A stretch of 64,000 bases of DNA from an uncultured bacterium (GCA_963729625.1 CAVSOU010000005.1:32001-96000); one strand, 5' to 3'; positions 35,956 to 47,108 are shown, numbered from the stretch's first letter. Numbers and translations are program-made. Notes: generated by a model from the letters alone, not told the origin.

Positions 35956-36708
35956 TTATCCGGCCAGTGGAAGCGGTAGCGAGAGCGCCTGCGTCTGAAG
36001 CTCAAACAGCCTCGAAGTTCCCTGGGAGGCCAGCTCCAGCAGCTCATCCAGCTCGCTGCGGCGCAGCGGATGGCCCTCAGCCGTGCCCTGCACCTCGATG
36101 AAGCCGCCGCCGGAGTTCATGACGACATTCATGTCCGTCTCGGCGCCGGAGTCCTCGACGTAGTCCAGGTCCAGCACCGGGCGGCCGCCTACGATCCCCA
36201 CGGACACCGCGGCGATCTGCCCGTGCAGCGGGCTCTTGATGCCCCGCTTGGCCACCAGCTGGGCGCAGGCATCGGCGAGCGCCACATAGGCGCCGGTCAC
36301 CGAGGCGGTACGCGTGCCGCCATCGGCCTGCAGCACATCACAGTCCAGCGTCACGGTGCGCTCGCCTAGGGCGGTCAAGTCCAGGGCCGCGCGCAGCGAA
36401 CGGCCGATCAGTCTCTGGATCTCCTGCGTCCGTCCCGACTGCTTGCCGCGGGCGGCCTCGCGGGCACCACGCGTGTGCGTGGCCCGGGGCAGCATGCCGT
36501 ATTCGGCCGTGACCCAGCCCTGACCCTTGCCGCGCAGGAAGGACGGCACCCCCTCCTCGATGCTCGCCGTGCACAGCACGCGGGTGTTGCCGAATTCCAC
36601 CAGCACCGAGCCTTCGGCGTAGCGCGTGAAACCGCGGGTGAAACGCACGGCGCGCAGCGCATCGAAAGCGCGGCCGTCATGGCGCAGCGCAGGGGCAGTA
36701 TCGGTCAT
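35956..36708 (-). CDS. rph: ribonuclease PH
   Basis: [39 protein letters not shown]. Confidence 0.98.
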   Translation of the reverse strand: MTDTAPALRHDGRAFDALRAVRFTRGFTRYAEGSVLVEFGNTRVLCTASIEEGVPSFLRGKGQGWVTAEYGMLPRATHTRGAREAARGKQSGRTQEIQRLIGRSLRAALDLTALGERTVTLDCDVLQADGGTRTASVTGAYVALADACAQLVAKRGIKSPLHGQIAAVSVGIVGGRPVLDLDYVEDSGAETDMNVVMNSGGGFIEVQGTAEGHPLRRSELDELLELASQGTSRLFELQTQALSLPLPLAG

Positions 36709-36718
36709 GGGGTGAAGT

Positions 36719-37462
36719 CTATTCCTTGATCCGCAGCAGCGCCGCGGTGGTGTTGTCGCTGCCCAGGCCGCCGCGTTGCACCGCGAGCCGGGCCAGCATT
36801 TCCAGCGACGGCGTCAACGGTCCATCCGTCGACAGCGCGCTGGTGATGTCCTCGTCAGTCAGGTTCGCCCAGAAACCATCTGTGCAGACCAGCAGGATGT
36901 CGCCGGGCTGCACGCGCTGCAGCCGCCCGATGCTCATCTCCGGCAGCATCGGGTCACCGCCGATGCAGACCTCGACGAAGTTGCGCAGCGGATGGGTCAG
37001 CGCCTGCTCGGCGCTGATGAGCCCTTCCTGCAGTAACAGCTCCACGTGGCTGTGGTCGCGCGTGCGCCGGTGCACCCGGCCGCCACGCAGCAGGTAGATG
37101 CGCGAGTCACCCATGTGCCCGAACCACGCCGTGCCCTCCTGCACCAGGCAGACGGCAACCGTGGCCCGCGGCCGCCGCTCGATCGCAACGCCTGCGCCCA
37201 GCAGGGTGACCTCCTCGTGCGCCCGGCCCAGCGCCAGGTGCAGGAAGCCCATCGGATCCAGCAGCGGCTGCAGCGGCTGGCCGAAACGCTCGACCAGGAC
37301 CTTGGCGCCCAGCTCCGCGGCGCGCTCCCCGTGCGCATGCCCGCCCATGCCATCCAGCACCACCAGCAGCGCGGCGTGCGGCGACACGACCGCGGTCGCG
37401 CGGTCCTGATTGTCCTCGCGCGCTCCCAGCAGGCTGACTTCGGCGTAATCGACGCGCAACAT
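36719..37462 (-). CDS. PP2C-family Ser/Thr phosphatase
   Basis: REDNQD, DGMGGH, HMGDSR, TRDHS, CTDG, DNTT. Confidence 0.92.
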   Translation of the reverse strand: MLRVDYAEVSLLGAREDNQDRATAVVSPHAALLVVLDGMGGHAHGERAAELGAKVLVERFGQPLQPLLDPMGFLHLALGRAHEEVTLLGAGVAIERRPRATVAVCLVQEGTAWFGHMGDSRIYLLRGGRVHRRTRDHSHVELLLQEGLISAEQALTHPLRNFVEVCIGGDPMLPEMSIGRLQRVQPGDILLVCTDGFWANLTDEDITSALSTDGPLTPSLEMLARLAVQRGGLGSDNTTAALLRIKE

Positions 37463-37602
37463 CCTTCTCCCGCGCGACCTGATCCGCGCGATGGGCAACA
37501 GCCTTGGGGGCCGGTGCGATTGGGCTAAACTGGCCGCGCTTTATAACACCCGGGCACCAGTACCGGAAATTCCTACATTCACGACCAGACTTAACCACAC
37601 CC

Positions 37603-38478
37603 ATGATCGCCAGCATGACGGGCTTTGCCCGCCGCGAAGCAGCCCTTGCCCAGGGCACCCTGGTCTGCGAGCTGCGCAGCGTCAACCACCGCTACCTTGA
37701 GGCCGGCCTGCGGCTCCCGGAGGAGCTGAGGAGCCTGGAGGGGGAGTTCCGCGCCCAGCTGCAACGCGACCTGCGCCGTGGCAAGGTCGACTGCACCTTC
37801 ACCTACCGCAGCGCAGGCCCGTCGGACCGCAAGCTGGAGCTCGACCCCGCCCTGCTGGCCCAGCTCACCGAGCGGCTGGCCCAGGTCGCCGCGGCGGTCC
37901 CTGCGGGCGGCGCCCAGACGAGCGTGGACCTGGTGGAGCTGCTGCGCTTCCCCGGGGTGCTGCGCGAGGCGGCCAGCGACAATGAGCCCCTGCTCAAGGC
38001 CGCCCGCACGCTCTTTGGCGAGGCGATCCGGGACTTGTCGGCGATGCGCTCGAGCGAGGGCGGCCGCCTGGCCGAACTGATCCTCACCCGCTGCACGCAG
38101 CTGGAGGAGCTGGTCGGGCGCGTGCGCACGCGTCTGCCTGAGGTGCACGCGCTGATCCGCGCCCGCTTCAACGAGCGCCTGGGGGAGCTGCGCAAGGAGC
38201 TGGATCCGGATCGCCTGGAGCAGGAGGTCGCCTTGAGCCTGCAGCGCCTGGACGTGGCGGAGGAGATGGATCGCCTCGCCGGCCACCTGACCGAGACGCG
38301 CAAGATCATCGCAAGTCCCGAGGCCGCCGGGCGCAGGCTGGATTTCCTCATGCAGGAGTTCAACCGCGAGGCCAACACGCTCTCCTCCAAGTCCCAGGAC
38401 CTGGAGACCACGCGCGCCGCGGTCGACATGAAGGTGCTGATCGAACAGATGCGCGAGCAGGTGCAAAATTTGGAGTGA
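37603..38478 (+). CDS. yicC: YicC/YloC-family endoribonuclease
   Basis: IASMTGF, ELRSVNHRYLE, GRRLDFLMQEFNREANT, IEQMREQVQNLE; divergent from the PP2C-rph operon. Confidence 0.96.
   Translation: MIASMTGFARREAALAQGTLVCELRSVNHRYLEAGLRLPEELRSLEGEFRAQLQRDLRRGKVDCTFTYRSAGPSDRKLELDPALLAQLTERLAQVAAAVPAGGAQTSVDLVELLRFPGVLREAASDNEPLLKAARTLFGEAIRDLSAMRSSEGGRLAELILTRCTQLEELVGRVRTRLPEVHALIRARFNERLGELRKELDPDRLEQEVALSLQRLDVAEEMDRLAGHLTETRKIIASPEAAGRRLDFLMQEFNREANTLSSKSQDLETTRAAVDMKVLIEQMREQVQNLE
38457..38476 (+). repeat. att core 1 (3' end of yicC) GCAGGTGCAAAATTTGGAGT
   Basis: Identical 20-mer at 40061-40080; 19-mer at 41884-41902. Confidence 0.9.
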
Positions 38479-38502
38479 TCTGCGGCGGAAACCGCCCGCA
38501 GA
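38479..38502 (+). terminator. GC-rich hairpin directly after yicC stop (possible terminator)
   Basis: TCTGCGG...CCGCAGA stem; no U-tract. Confidence 0.35.
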
Positions 38503-38685
38503 CGCCTGCGGTGGTGGCGCACGGACAGGGGCGTCACGATATTGCCCAGAGCACCAACGGCTGGTCGATCGCGTATTTACGCAACTCGCGCCTGAGTAAA
38601 AGTGCTGAACGGGTAGCTACGCTGCCATCGCTGGCTGCGCCGCGCTGAACTAGGATCAAGCGGGGTTGACGGGGGCGCAGCGACT

Positions 38686-39318
38686 ATGGACAGACTCAGG
38701 GTCGGTATCCTGATCTTCGACGGCGTCGAGGTGCTGGATTTTTGTGGCCCGTTTGAAGTGCTATCCGTGACTCGTCTCGATGAGGCCACCCGACGCGAGC
38801 AACCCTCACCCTTCGAAGTCTCGCTGCTTGCCGAGACGGATCAACCGGTGGTGGCCACTGGCGGACTGCGCGTGCTGGCCGACTACCAGCTCGCCAACTG
38901 CCCGCCCTTGGACGTGCTGCTGGTGCCCGGCGGCTGGGGGACCCGCAGGGAAATGAACAAACACCGTCTGCTCGAGTGGATCGCGCAGCGTGGCGCACAG
39001 GCCCGACTGCTGACCTCGGTGTGCACCGGCGCCCTGTTGCTCGGCTAGGCTGGCCTCTTGGACGGCAAGCGCGCGACGACGCATTGGCAGGCCCTGAGCC
39101 TGAAGCAGAAGCGGTTTCCCAATACCTGCGTCGAGCACAATCTGCACGTGGTCGAGGACGGTAATCTATTAACGTCGGCGGGCATTTCGGCCGGCATCGA
39201 TATGGCGCTGCGTGTCGTCTGGCGCTACTGCGGTGAGTCCGTGGCTCGGGCGACCGCGCGCTATATGGAGTATCCGTTCCCGGAGAACAATGCGCGCCGC
39301 ATCGCGCTGGACGAGTGA
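38686..39318 (+). pseudogene. DJ-1/PfpI (InhA-like) protein with in-frame TAG at 39046-39048
   Basis: FDGVEVLDFCGPFEV, VPGGWG, SVCTGALLLG*AGLLDGKRATTHW, TSAGISAGID. Confidence 0.85.
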
Positions 39319-39386
39319 ACTGTTCCTGACCACCGGCCCGTTCCAAGGGGCTTCCAAGCGGTCACGAGCCGAACAAGTTCCGGGGC

Positions 39387-39665
39387 CTACCGTGACCGCA
39401 ATTCCTGGCGCAACACGTCACGCAGCCTACGCACCGTAAGCGGGGCGTCGTCCGCATTCATGGCAGCGCGCAGCGTGTCGTTGATGAGCGTCTGGTAGTT
39501 GCCGCCGCCCTTCACTTGGGCACGGAACCACGCCAAGACATCCGCGTCGATGCGGATCGTGATGCGCTCCTTGCTCTCGTTCTCCTTCTGGATGCGGGCA
39601 AGGTGGGGAACATCCTTCGCCCGCTTTGCACGGCTGAAATCAAGCTCGGGCATTTCCGTCTTCAT
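39387..39665 (-). CDS. BrnA-family antitoxin
   Basis: KERITIRIDADVLAWFR...NYQTLINDTLR. Confidence 0.88.
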   Translation of the reverse strand: MKTEMPELDFSRAKRAKDVPHLARIQKENESKERITIRIDADVLAWFRAQVKGGGNYQTLINDTLRAAMNADDAPLTVRRLRDVLRQELRSR

Positions 39666-39937
39666 GGCAGCTCCTCGTATTGACGCGCTGCGCCTGCGCT
39701 CGCCTTGCGGGCCGAAATGATGCGCGTAACATCCGGGCCGCGTTCCGTCCACACCACATACAGCAGCCGATCAGAGAAGGCTCTGCCCAGCGTGACAAAC
39801 CGGGCTTAATCTTCGGCCGTCGGGTCATCACGTGTCAGACCGAGCGGGTCTTCGAGCGCACCCACAGCATCCGCGAAATCCACCTCGTGCTTGCAAATGT
39901 TCTCCTGCCGCTTGGCTTCGTCCCACTCGTTGCGCAT
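39662..39937 (-). pseudogene. BrnT-family toxin with in-frame TAA at 39806-39808
   Basis: EWDEAKRQENICKHEVDFADA...ED*ARFVTLG...VVWTERG...RIISARKA; overlaps antitoxin start. Confidence 0.85.
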
Positions 39938-40031
39938 AGTCTATTGTATGCACGTCGTGCATACAGTCAATACCGCTACGCTTCACCGGGAGATGTATAG
40001 CTGGCCCTAAAACGCGTCAAAGTTTTTATCA

Positions 40032-40080
40032 TTATCAACGCGATACGAGCACCGTAAATTGCAGGTGCAAAATTTGGAGT
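40032..40080 (+). repeat. att junction 2 (arm + yicC core)
   Basis: 43/49 identity with 41854-41902 by manual alignment; ends with the yicC core. Confidence 0.88.
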
Positions 40081-40166
40081 CAATTTGAGGTAACAGCTGG
40101 AGAGCCAACATCCGGTTACTCCGGATGGTCCTGTACGGTAAAATGCCGTATCTTCTGGAGGCGCCC

Positions 40167-40442
40167 ATGCCCACCACCACCGCCCGTTTCGATCTCAAAC
40201 TGGATTCCGGCGAAAAGGAAATCATCGCGCGGGCAGCTGCCCTCATGGGAACAACCATGGCCGGCTTTGTGCGAGCGGCAGCCAAGGAGAAAGCGCAGAC
40301 ATTGCTCGAACGTGAAACCCGCGTTGTACTCAGCGAACGCGATTTCGCGCGTTTTGCAGCGGCCGTCAGCGGACCTTTCGAACCAAACGCGCACTTGTCG
40401 CGGGCGCTGAAGGAGGCACGGCGGAAAGTGCGTCGTGCTTGA
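40167..40442 (+). CDS. DUF1778 (TacA/AtaR-like) antitoxin
   Basis: ARFDLKL..EKEIIARAAAL..GFVRAAA..LSERDF..F; GGAGG RBS. Confidence 0.88.
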   Translation: MPTTTARFDLKLDSGEKEIIARAAALMGTTMAGFVRAAAKEKAQTLLERETRVVLSERDFARFAAAVSGPFEPNAHLSRALKEARRKVRRA

Positions 40443-40920
40443 GGAACGCGCATTCGATATCGGTGTACATGACCGCGGCGGTTTCGATTGCGGTGTTCCC
40501 GAACTCAACAATTACTTGAGACGCTTCGCGGAGCAGCATCGCCGCAAAGGTATCAGCACACCGTTCGTGCTGGTGGATGTCGATACGCCGCACGAGATCT
40601 TGGGCTACTACTGCCTTAGCGCAGCACAAGTAGACGCGACAGAATTGGGGGAAAGTGCCCGCAGGAAACTGCCACGTTATCCGGTGCCGTGCTTTCGTCT
40701 CGGTCGGCTGGCGGTGCACAAGCGCCTGCGCGGGCAGGGCATAGGGAAACTGCTGCTAGCCTGCGCCATCGATCGCTGCCTGAAGGCACGGAGCGACGTG
40801 GCAGCCTACGCGCTGATTGTCGATGCCAAGGATGAAAACGCCAAGCAGTTCTACGAGCGCTACGGATTCGCCGTGCTTGTCAGCGCGCCGATGACACTCT
40901 ACCTGGGGCTTGGCCGATGA
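40435..40920 (+). CDS. GNAT acetyltransferase toxin (TacT/AtaT-like)
   Basis: [48 protein letters not shown]. Confidence 0.9.
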   Translation: MLEERAFDIGVHDRGGFDCGVPELNNYLRRFAEQHRRKGISTPFVLVDVDTPHEILGYYCLSAAQVDATELGESARRKLPRYPVPCFRLGRLAVHKRLRGQGIGKLLLACAIDRCLKARSDVAAYALIVDAKDENAKQFYERYGFAVLVSAPMTLYLGLGR

Positions 40921-41810
40921 TGGACGTGGACGGGCTCATCGCCTCGATCATCCGCGACGAGGATCGCGTGCCACGTGAAGTTATCGAAGAGTGCGCACGT
41001 TGGGGACCCGCGATGGTCGAAGCCTTGGACCGAATCGTCGGTCCCGCAGCGGACTGGAGTTCCTGTGCCAGTGATGGCCACTGGTGGCTGCGGCTGCACG
41101 CGGCGTTCATTCTCGGCCTGATGGACGATACAGAGTCAGGCCGCCTGCTCGCACACCTGATGCGACGGCTTGCGGCCAATGAAGACGAGAACATCGAAGA
41201 CTGGCTGGCCGGCTACTGGCCTGCCCTGTTCCGCAACAAGCCCGAGGAAGTTCTTCCGGACATCGAAGCCATTGCATGGACTGACTTCGCACAACCCTAC
41301 TTCCGTGTGCATGTGCTGGAAGTTTTGCTGGCAGCGGCTCTGCGACGAGGCCCCGGGGAACTCGATGCACTCCTTGCACACATAGCGGAGTGGATCGCGG
41401 CCGCACCGGATCAGGAGGAGCGCGCGCTGACTGCCAACATCCTGCTGGATTTTCCGCGCTCCGCCCACCGAGCCTTGCTGAGTGATATGGCGGCACGGCA
41501 GAAGGGCATGTTCGGCTTGTTTGACGAATCCGATGTCGAATGCTCGTATGCCAAGGGCGACCAACCCGGCTGGTTGCGCTTCGAGGATCCCTGGAGGTTT
41601 TATTCACCTGATCAGATCGACGCCCGACAAAAACGCTGGGCCGAGGAGGATGAGAGGCGCTCGCGGAACGCTGTCGCCGAAGCCGCAGGGATCGACGAAT
41701 CCCTTTACGAGCAGGAGCCGTATCTGCGCAATACGCTCAAAGTGGGTCGCAACGATCCGTGCCCGTGTGGCAGTGGCAAGAAATACAAAAAATGCTTGAG
41801 CGGCGTGTAG
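40917..41810 (+). CDS. helical-repeat protein with C-terminal SEC-C zinc motif (DUF1186-like)
   Basis: [19 protein letters not shown]; translationally coupled to the toxin. Confidence 0.75.
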   Translation: MMDVDGLIASIIRDEDRVPREVIEECARWGPAMVEALDRIVGPAADWSSCASDGHWWLRLHAAFILGLMDDTESGRLLAHLMRRLAANEDENIEDWLAGYWPALFRNKPEEVLPDIEAIAWTDFAQPYFRVHVLEVLLAAALRRGPGELDALLAHIAEWIAAAPDQEERALTANILLDFPRSAHRALLSDMAARQKGMFGLFDESDVECSYAKGDQPGWLRFEDPWRFYSPDQIDARQKRWAEEDERRSRNAVAEAAGIDESLYEQEPYLRNTLKVGRNDPCPCGSGKKYKKCLSGV

Positions 41811-41902
41811 CTGGCGGTGCAGCTATTATCGGATGCCGACCATTTCCGTAAATTTATCAATGCGCTACGCGCACCAGAAATTCCAGGTGCAAAATTTGGA
41901 GT
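41806..41902 (+). repeat. att junction 3 (TGTAGCT arm repeats + yicC core)
   Basis: TGTAGCTG/TGCAGCTA at 41806 and 41818; core CAGGTGCAAAATTTGGAGTAG. Confidence 0.85.
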
Positions 41903-42323
41903 AGTTAGCATAGCGAACTACTTCCAGCACCCTGACCTGCCGTCTCTTTACCGCACTGAATTCATGCGGAGAATGGGCTCGTCGTCGCAACAATCGTCTG
42001 CTCAAGGCGCCCTGCAGACAACACGAGTATCAGGGCGATCCACCCCGAAACACTCTGGTCGCATTGTCGACGTTGAGTCCGGAGCTGACTGTGCGCTAGG
42101 TCAACCCACACTCAACTAATATTTGTATAAGAAGGAAAGGTGTGTTTGCGCCGATTGACTCTCCGGCGTGGCGACTGCGACGGCGACTTCGGAGCGTGGT
42201 GAGTCGCCCGCAAGAAGAATGGAGGTGGCCCCATGGACATCCCTTCGTCCTCTTGCCGGGGCCTTGTGCCGGCCCCGTGCAACCCCCTGATGGCCAAGCC
42301 CCGGGCGGGGCAGGCTCTGCGCC

Positions 42324-43103
42324 TCAGCCCTTGCAGGGGTGCGGCGCCCACTTGGAGCCGTCGGGCTCCTTGCGAAAATGCGAGCTGGTCATGAACTGGC
42401 GCTGCAGGTATTGCGGGTCGTCGACCAGCGTCGTGACCACGAACCACTGACTGCCATCGGCGACCGGGAACGTGTCGTAGTACTCGGTGATCTTCGCGTT
42501 CTCGCTGTAGGGCACGCCATTACGTCGCAGCCAGCCTGCCGTGTGGTTATCGGTCACCACGTGCAGCGAACCGTTCGGTGGGAGCCTGCTCGGGTCGGCG
42601 GCCGGGCCAGCCAACAAGTCGGTTGGGTCGACGGAGTATTCCCAGTTCGCAAGCGAGTTGCCCTGCAGCGTGCGCGGACCGGCCTTGATGTCGGCCTTGT
42701 CAAAGTTCAGCACGCGCGTCTGCTGGCCCCAGTCGGACTCGATCTTCAGCGTCTGGTCGTCGACCCAGGTGATGTGCAGGCGCGTGGGCATGCGCAGCAG
42801 GTTGCCGACGCCGTAGGCCTTGCACGAGCCGTCGTTGGCGTCCGTCCAGGTGTCGGCCTGCTTCTTGCCCTCGGGGTTGAGCGGCACGCTCTGGTAGTCG
42901 CCCTTGGCCGGCGTGACCATGCGGTAACGCCAGTCCTCGTTGACGATCGAGACCCAGTAGCCGGCCAGGTCGATCGGGGCTGCAACCTTCGGGGCCGGCG
43001 GCGGGCCGGTCGGACCGCGCGGGGCCTGCTGCGCAGTGGCCATCTGCCCCAGCGTAAGCAGTGCCACCGCGAGGGTGATGCTCTTAACGGCGCTGATCTT
43101 CAT
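42324..43103 (-). CDS. uncharacterised secreted protein, paralog type A
   Basis: Signal peptide; DLAGYWVSIVNEDWRYRMVTPAKG, LRRNGVPYS, EPDGSKWAPHPC. Confidence 0.75.
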   Translation of the reverse strand: MKISAVKSITLAVALLTLGQMATAQQAPRGPTGPPPAPKVAAPIDLAGYWVSIVNEDWRYRMVTPAKGDYQSVPLNPEGKKQADTWTDANDGSCKAYGVGNLLRMPTRLHITWVDDQTLKIESDWGQQTRVLNFDKADIKAGPRTLQGNSLANWEYSVDPTDLLAGPAADPSRLPPNGSLHVVTDNHTAGWLRRNGVPYSENAKITEYYDTFPVADGSQWFVVTTLVDDPQYLQRQFMTSSHFRKEPDGSKWAPHPCKG

Positions 43104-43176
43104 GAGATGCTTTCTCCAGGACTGTTCGTTCAGCCGTGCGCTGCCTGGGCCCGGGCCCCGCGGCGGCGCCGGGTGC

Positions 43177-44253
43177 TTACTTCTTGCCCTTCGGGGCAGG
43201 CCTGAGCGAGTTGTAGATGGCTTCGATGAACTTGTCGGTCGTCCAGAAGCCCGTGGTCGCGCCGAATCGACCGTCGTAGTCGGACGAAGGCTTGGCGGCC
43301 TTGACCTGGTCGAGGGTCTTGCCGGCCTTGATGAGCACCGCGACGCGGTCACGGATGATCGTGAGCATATCGCGGTATTCGACCAGGTCGGACTGGTCGC
43401 CGATGCGGCCGTGGCCCGGGATGATCAGCGTGCCGCCTTCCTGCTGGTGGTCGGGAACCGCGTAGTCGATGATGTCGTTCACCGCAGCCAGCACGCCATT
43501 GATGTTGCCGCCATTGGCGGTGTCGATCACCGGGTACATGTCGGTGAAGTAGAGGTCGCCGGTCGCCACCACGTCGGAGCGCCGGAAGCTGACCCAGTAG
43601 TCGCCATCGGTGTGCGCGTTCTTCGGGTGCACCATCTGCACGGCCTCGCCGTTGAAGTGCAGGCTGTAGATGGGCTCGAGGTGCGTCTCGGAAGGCCACA
43701 ACTCGCGGTCGGCCTTGAAGCCGCCCGGGCCCTTCGCGTCGGGCTCGGTCATGTAGATCATCACCGTCTCGTGCGCCATGACAGTCGCGCCGGTCGGGAT
43801 ATTGCCGCGATCGCGCACCACGTTGCCGTCGAGGATGGTGTCACCGGCCTTGCGGATCACCTCGTTGCCGCCGGTGTGGTCGGCATGCAGGTGGGTGTTG
43901 ATCACGTAACGGATCGGCTTGTCGCCGGCGAGCTTCTTGATCGCCGCGAGCAGCTGCTCGGCGAGCGGGCGGATGCCGGTGTCGACCACCAACACGCCTT
44001 CATCACCGAGCTGCACGACCACGTTCGAGGGCTCGCCCGTCATCGGCCAGACGTTGCCGGCGACGTGGTAGGGCACGATCTCGACGGCCGGGCGGGCCGC
44101 AGGCGCGGCGCCCGCGGGAGTGGCGGGCTCGGCCGCGAGGGCCGTGCCACCGGCCAGGGCCGCGACGAGGCCAAGGAGGCTCAGCGCCGAAGCCTTGCGA
44201 TTGCCGTGCATGCTGCACTCCATACCAGTATTGATTGCGTTGGATCGGGTCAT
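43177..44253 (-). CDS. secreted MBL-fold metallo-hydrolase (cyclase-like)
   Basis: VVDTG, INTHLHADHTGGN, AHTDGD, TGDL, IPGHG. Confidence 0.9.
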   Translation of the reverse strand: MTRSNAINTGMECSMHGNRKASALSLLGLVAALAGGTALAAEPATPAGAAPAARPAVEIVPYHVAGNVWPMTGEPSNVVVQLGDEGVLVVDTGIRPLAEQLLAAIKKLAGDKPIRYVINTHLHADHTGGNEVIRKAGDTILDGNVVRDRGNIPTGATVMAHETVMIYMTEPDAKGPGGFKADRELWPSETHLEPIYSLHFNGEAVQMVHPKNAHTDGDYWVSFRRSDVVATGDLYFTDMYPVIDTANGGNINGVLAAVNDIIDYAVPDHQQEGGTLIIPGHGRIGDQSDLVEYRDMLTIIRDRVAVLIKAGKTLDQVKAAKPSSDYDGRFGATTGFWTTDKFIEAIYNSLRPAPKGKK

Positions 44254-44265
44254 GGCGTTGCCTGC

Positions 44266-45166
44266 TTACTTCTTCTTCGCCGGCTTCTTGGCCGAGGCTT
44301 GCTGCGCGCGCCAGGCGGCGATGCGATCCTGCGTCTCGGGCAGCGCGGTCTCGGGGCCGCCCTCGGTCTCGGCGAACGGCAGGTTGAAGCGGTTCGCGTA
44401 TTCGTGGTCCATGTCGTCGGTGCCCGGCAGGTGCGCCGGCACCATGCCGCGCTCGCGCGGGATCTCGGTGGCCGGGCGGCACGGGTAGGCGCCGATCGCC
44501 ACATTGTCAGCCCTGGCGGTAGCCGGTGGTCTTGATCATCGGCTCGGCGAGGTACACCGGGTCGTAGACCATCAGCACGTGCGTGAGCACGTCTCCGTGG
44601 CGGATGAAGCGCTCGTCGGAGCTGGCGCGGTCGGAGAGCGCCAGGCCGTTGCGGCGGATCCAGCCCACCTTGAGGTGGTCGGTGTGCACGACCAGCTGGT
44701 CGCCTTCCCAGCGGCCGAGCGAGAAGCCCTGCCAGGTGTGCGGAGAGGCGGCGACCGGGTGCGGGCGGCCGTCCATGTAGATGTGGCGGTGCTGCGCTTC
44801 CCAGACGATGTAGGTCTCGATCTCGGTCTGCTTCTGCGTGACCGGGTCGAGGTCTTCCCAGATACGCAGGGTACCAACGCCGCGGATACCGTAGGTCGAG
44901 GGGTGCGGGATGCATTGGTGCTCGGGCTCGGTAAGGATCGACGGATCCCACGCGTGGCCGCGCTCGCGCATCGCCTGGTTGATGGGAGCCGCCGTACTCG
45001 TGCTGGTCGGGGCCTGGGATTCGCTCGTCGAAGTCCTCGTCGAACACGGGGCCCCAGTAGCCGAGCAGCAGACTCTGGGAGTGGGCCGGTGCATCGCCAG
45101 CAACCCAAGTGCCGCCAGCATCACGCAAGCGAGAGCCGTACGCGCATTAAATGTCGACATTTTCAT
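44266..45166 (-). CDS. uncharacterised secreted protein, paralog type B, frameshifted
   Basis: GYW, PEHQCIPH, IYMDGRPHP, TWQGFSLGRWEGDQLVV, RRNG, DPVYLAEP. Confidence 0.7.
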
Positions 45167-45196
45167 AACTTCGCCTCGGACGGGACTGGAACGAGA

Positions 45197-46288
45197 TTAA
45201 TGCTTACCGGCCGGTCGTAGTGCGCAGACAGAAAGCACTGCCAGCGCTGTGGCGCTGGGCGAGGCAGCATCCGGACACTGGTCATTTCGTGCCTTCAGAA
45301 TGCATCGCAACGTGTAGTAAAGCCCTGGTCTCCGGCTACGGTGAAGGACGAGCCGCAGCAATAGTGCCCGCAGTATTCGCCGGTGGCCGATAGGCAGGTG
45401 CGATGCGCTGCGCGAACTCCGCATACATCGTGTCTCGCCCCCCATCGCTGCCTCATGCGGGATGTTGTACTGGGTTGTCATCGACATGAAGTTCGGGTTG
45501 TCGGCCGGCGTCAGATAGCTCGGCACGTGGCCGTTCAGCACGCTCGGCACCTCTTCCGCGGACATGCAACTGTTCGGGTTGGTCGCCCCGACCACGGCAT
45601 CCAGCGGCTTGCTGTGGTCTGACGCGAACACATTGGTGATCACAAAGGGGGCCGTCAAGTTGACCGGATCCTGGATGACGCCGGTGATCACAAGATTGGA
45701 GCCCTGCCGCGTCAGGAGACATGGTCAGGACCTCCTGATCGCTCGTCGGCACGCCATTGCGGGTCAAGTAGCCATCCTGCAAATGCGTGGTGACGGTCTT
45801 GAGCGTGTCGCCTTTCCAGCTTCCTATTGTGAACCCAGCGGGTGTTGAGAGCGCCTGGGCAGAGGGCGGCTTACGCCCATCCATCCATATGGTCGTGGGC
45901 TCCCGATCGATGGTGCCGTTCAGATTCCAGGCAATCACCGCACCGGTCTCCGGATCGACGGTGGGCCACAGACGGAAACCCCAAGCTGCCTCAAGCAAGT
46001 AGTGCAGCGAATAGGGTTGGCGCTGTTCCCCACTTCGCTGATGGTCTCGGGCGTGTGGCTCAGTGCGGCCGCGCGCGCCTGCTCATTGATAGGAATGCCG
46101 GCATAATCTTCGTAGTTCGGTCCTTCGAAAAGCAACTGGACATCCTGGTCCACGGCCCCCACGTAGGTACCGGAGAGATCTACCTGTGCCGTGGCGAGGC
46201 TCGTCTGCAGCAACAACGCGAAGCCGGCGAGCGCCCCAAGGCAGTTGAGCTGACGCCGGATCGGCCGGAACGTGGTGCGGCTTTTCAC
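45197..46288 (-). CDS. uncharacterised secreted protein, paralog type B', frameshifted
   Basis: QVDLSG, YAGIPINEQAR, IWMDGRKPP, GFTIGSWKGDTL, TRNGVP, DPVNLTAP. Confidence 0.7.
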
Positions 46289-47108
46289 GATGCGGACCTC
46301 AGCGTGCAGGGTGTGGGATGCCATTTGGAGCCGTCCGGCTCGCATGAAGATCGGCGTGGTCGTATAGGTTGGCGCGCTCAGTACACCGGATCACTGACGA
46401 CGGAGACAACGCTCAAGTAATCGAGGCCCTCGGACACATGCAACACCTTCAGTACTCTTGCAGTGTCGTCCGATCGCTGTAAGGCACGCCGTTCTTGCGC
46501 AATAGCCCCGGCTGCAGGTTGCTGGTCACGATGCTGAGCGTGCCGCTGGCGGGCCGCGGCGCGCCTGGCCCGAAGGCTGGCGTCGGAAGCCGCCACCGCG
46601 CTTGCGAGTAGCCCTGCAGACTGCGCTCACCCGGCGCGGACGATGTATCAAAGCGCAACAGCCGAGTCTGCATCCCCGAGTCGGTGTCAATCCGCAATGT
46701 ATTCCCATCCTGCCAACTAATGTGCAGGCGTTCGGGAATACGCATCAATGCCGGGGCCCCATAAGCTTCGCACGCCTTACCCGCCGCCGTATCGACCTCC
46801 GCATCAAATTTGTCCGAGAACTGCTTGGCGTCGAGGTTCAACGGGATGCCGGCAAATTCGCCCTTGCCAGGCACGACCATGCGAAAGCGCCAATCCTGCG
46901 TAACGACTGCAACCCAGTAGCCGTCGAGACCCATCGGTGCCTGGTCACGCGCGCTTGGTGGCGTCGCCACCAGGGGTAGCGGCTCTGCGGCCCACGCCAA
47001 CGGACTGAGCAGCCCAAGCAGCAGCGCTCCAACCGATCGCCGCGTACAGTGAGCGTCCTCGCGACGAGGGCCCGATCGCACTATCTGCCGAAAGAGCCAT
47101 TTGCTCAT
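46285..47108 (-). CDS. uncharacterised secreted protein, paralog type A', frameshifted
   Basis: LDGYWVAVVTQDWRFRMVVPGKG, LRKNGVPYS, EPDGSKWHPTPC. Confidence 0.75.

Noticed and set aside
32215-38537. Long antisense ORFs over gltA, hemW and yicC (also 43036..44535 and 54345..55379)
   Set aside because: Shadow ORFs expected from high-GC codon bias opposite well-supported genes.
39046-39048. Pyrrolysine or other stop-codon recoding
   Set aside because: Internal stops in the window are of all three kinds, TAG terminates normal genes, and no recoding machinery is visible.
38457-41902. Short repeated 19-20-mers as a CRISPR array
   Set aside because: Spacing is kilobases with genes between, the repeat equals the yicC 3' end, and no cas genes are present.
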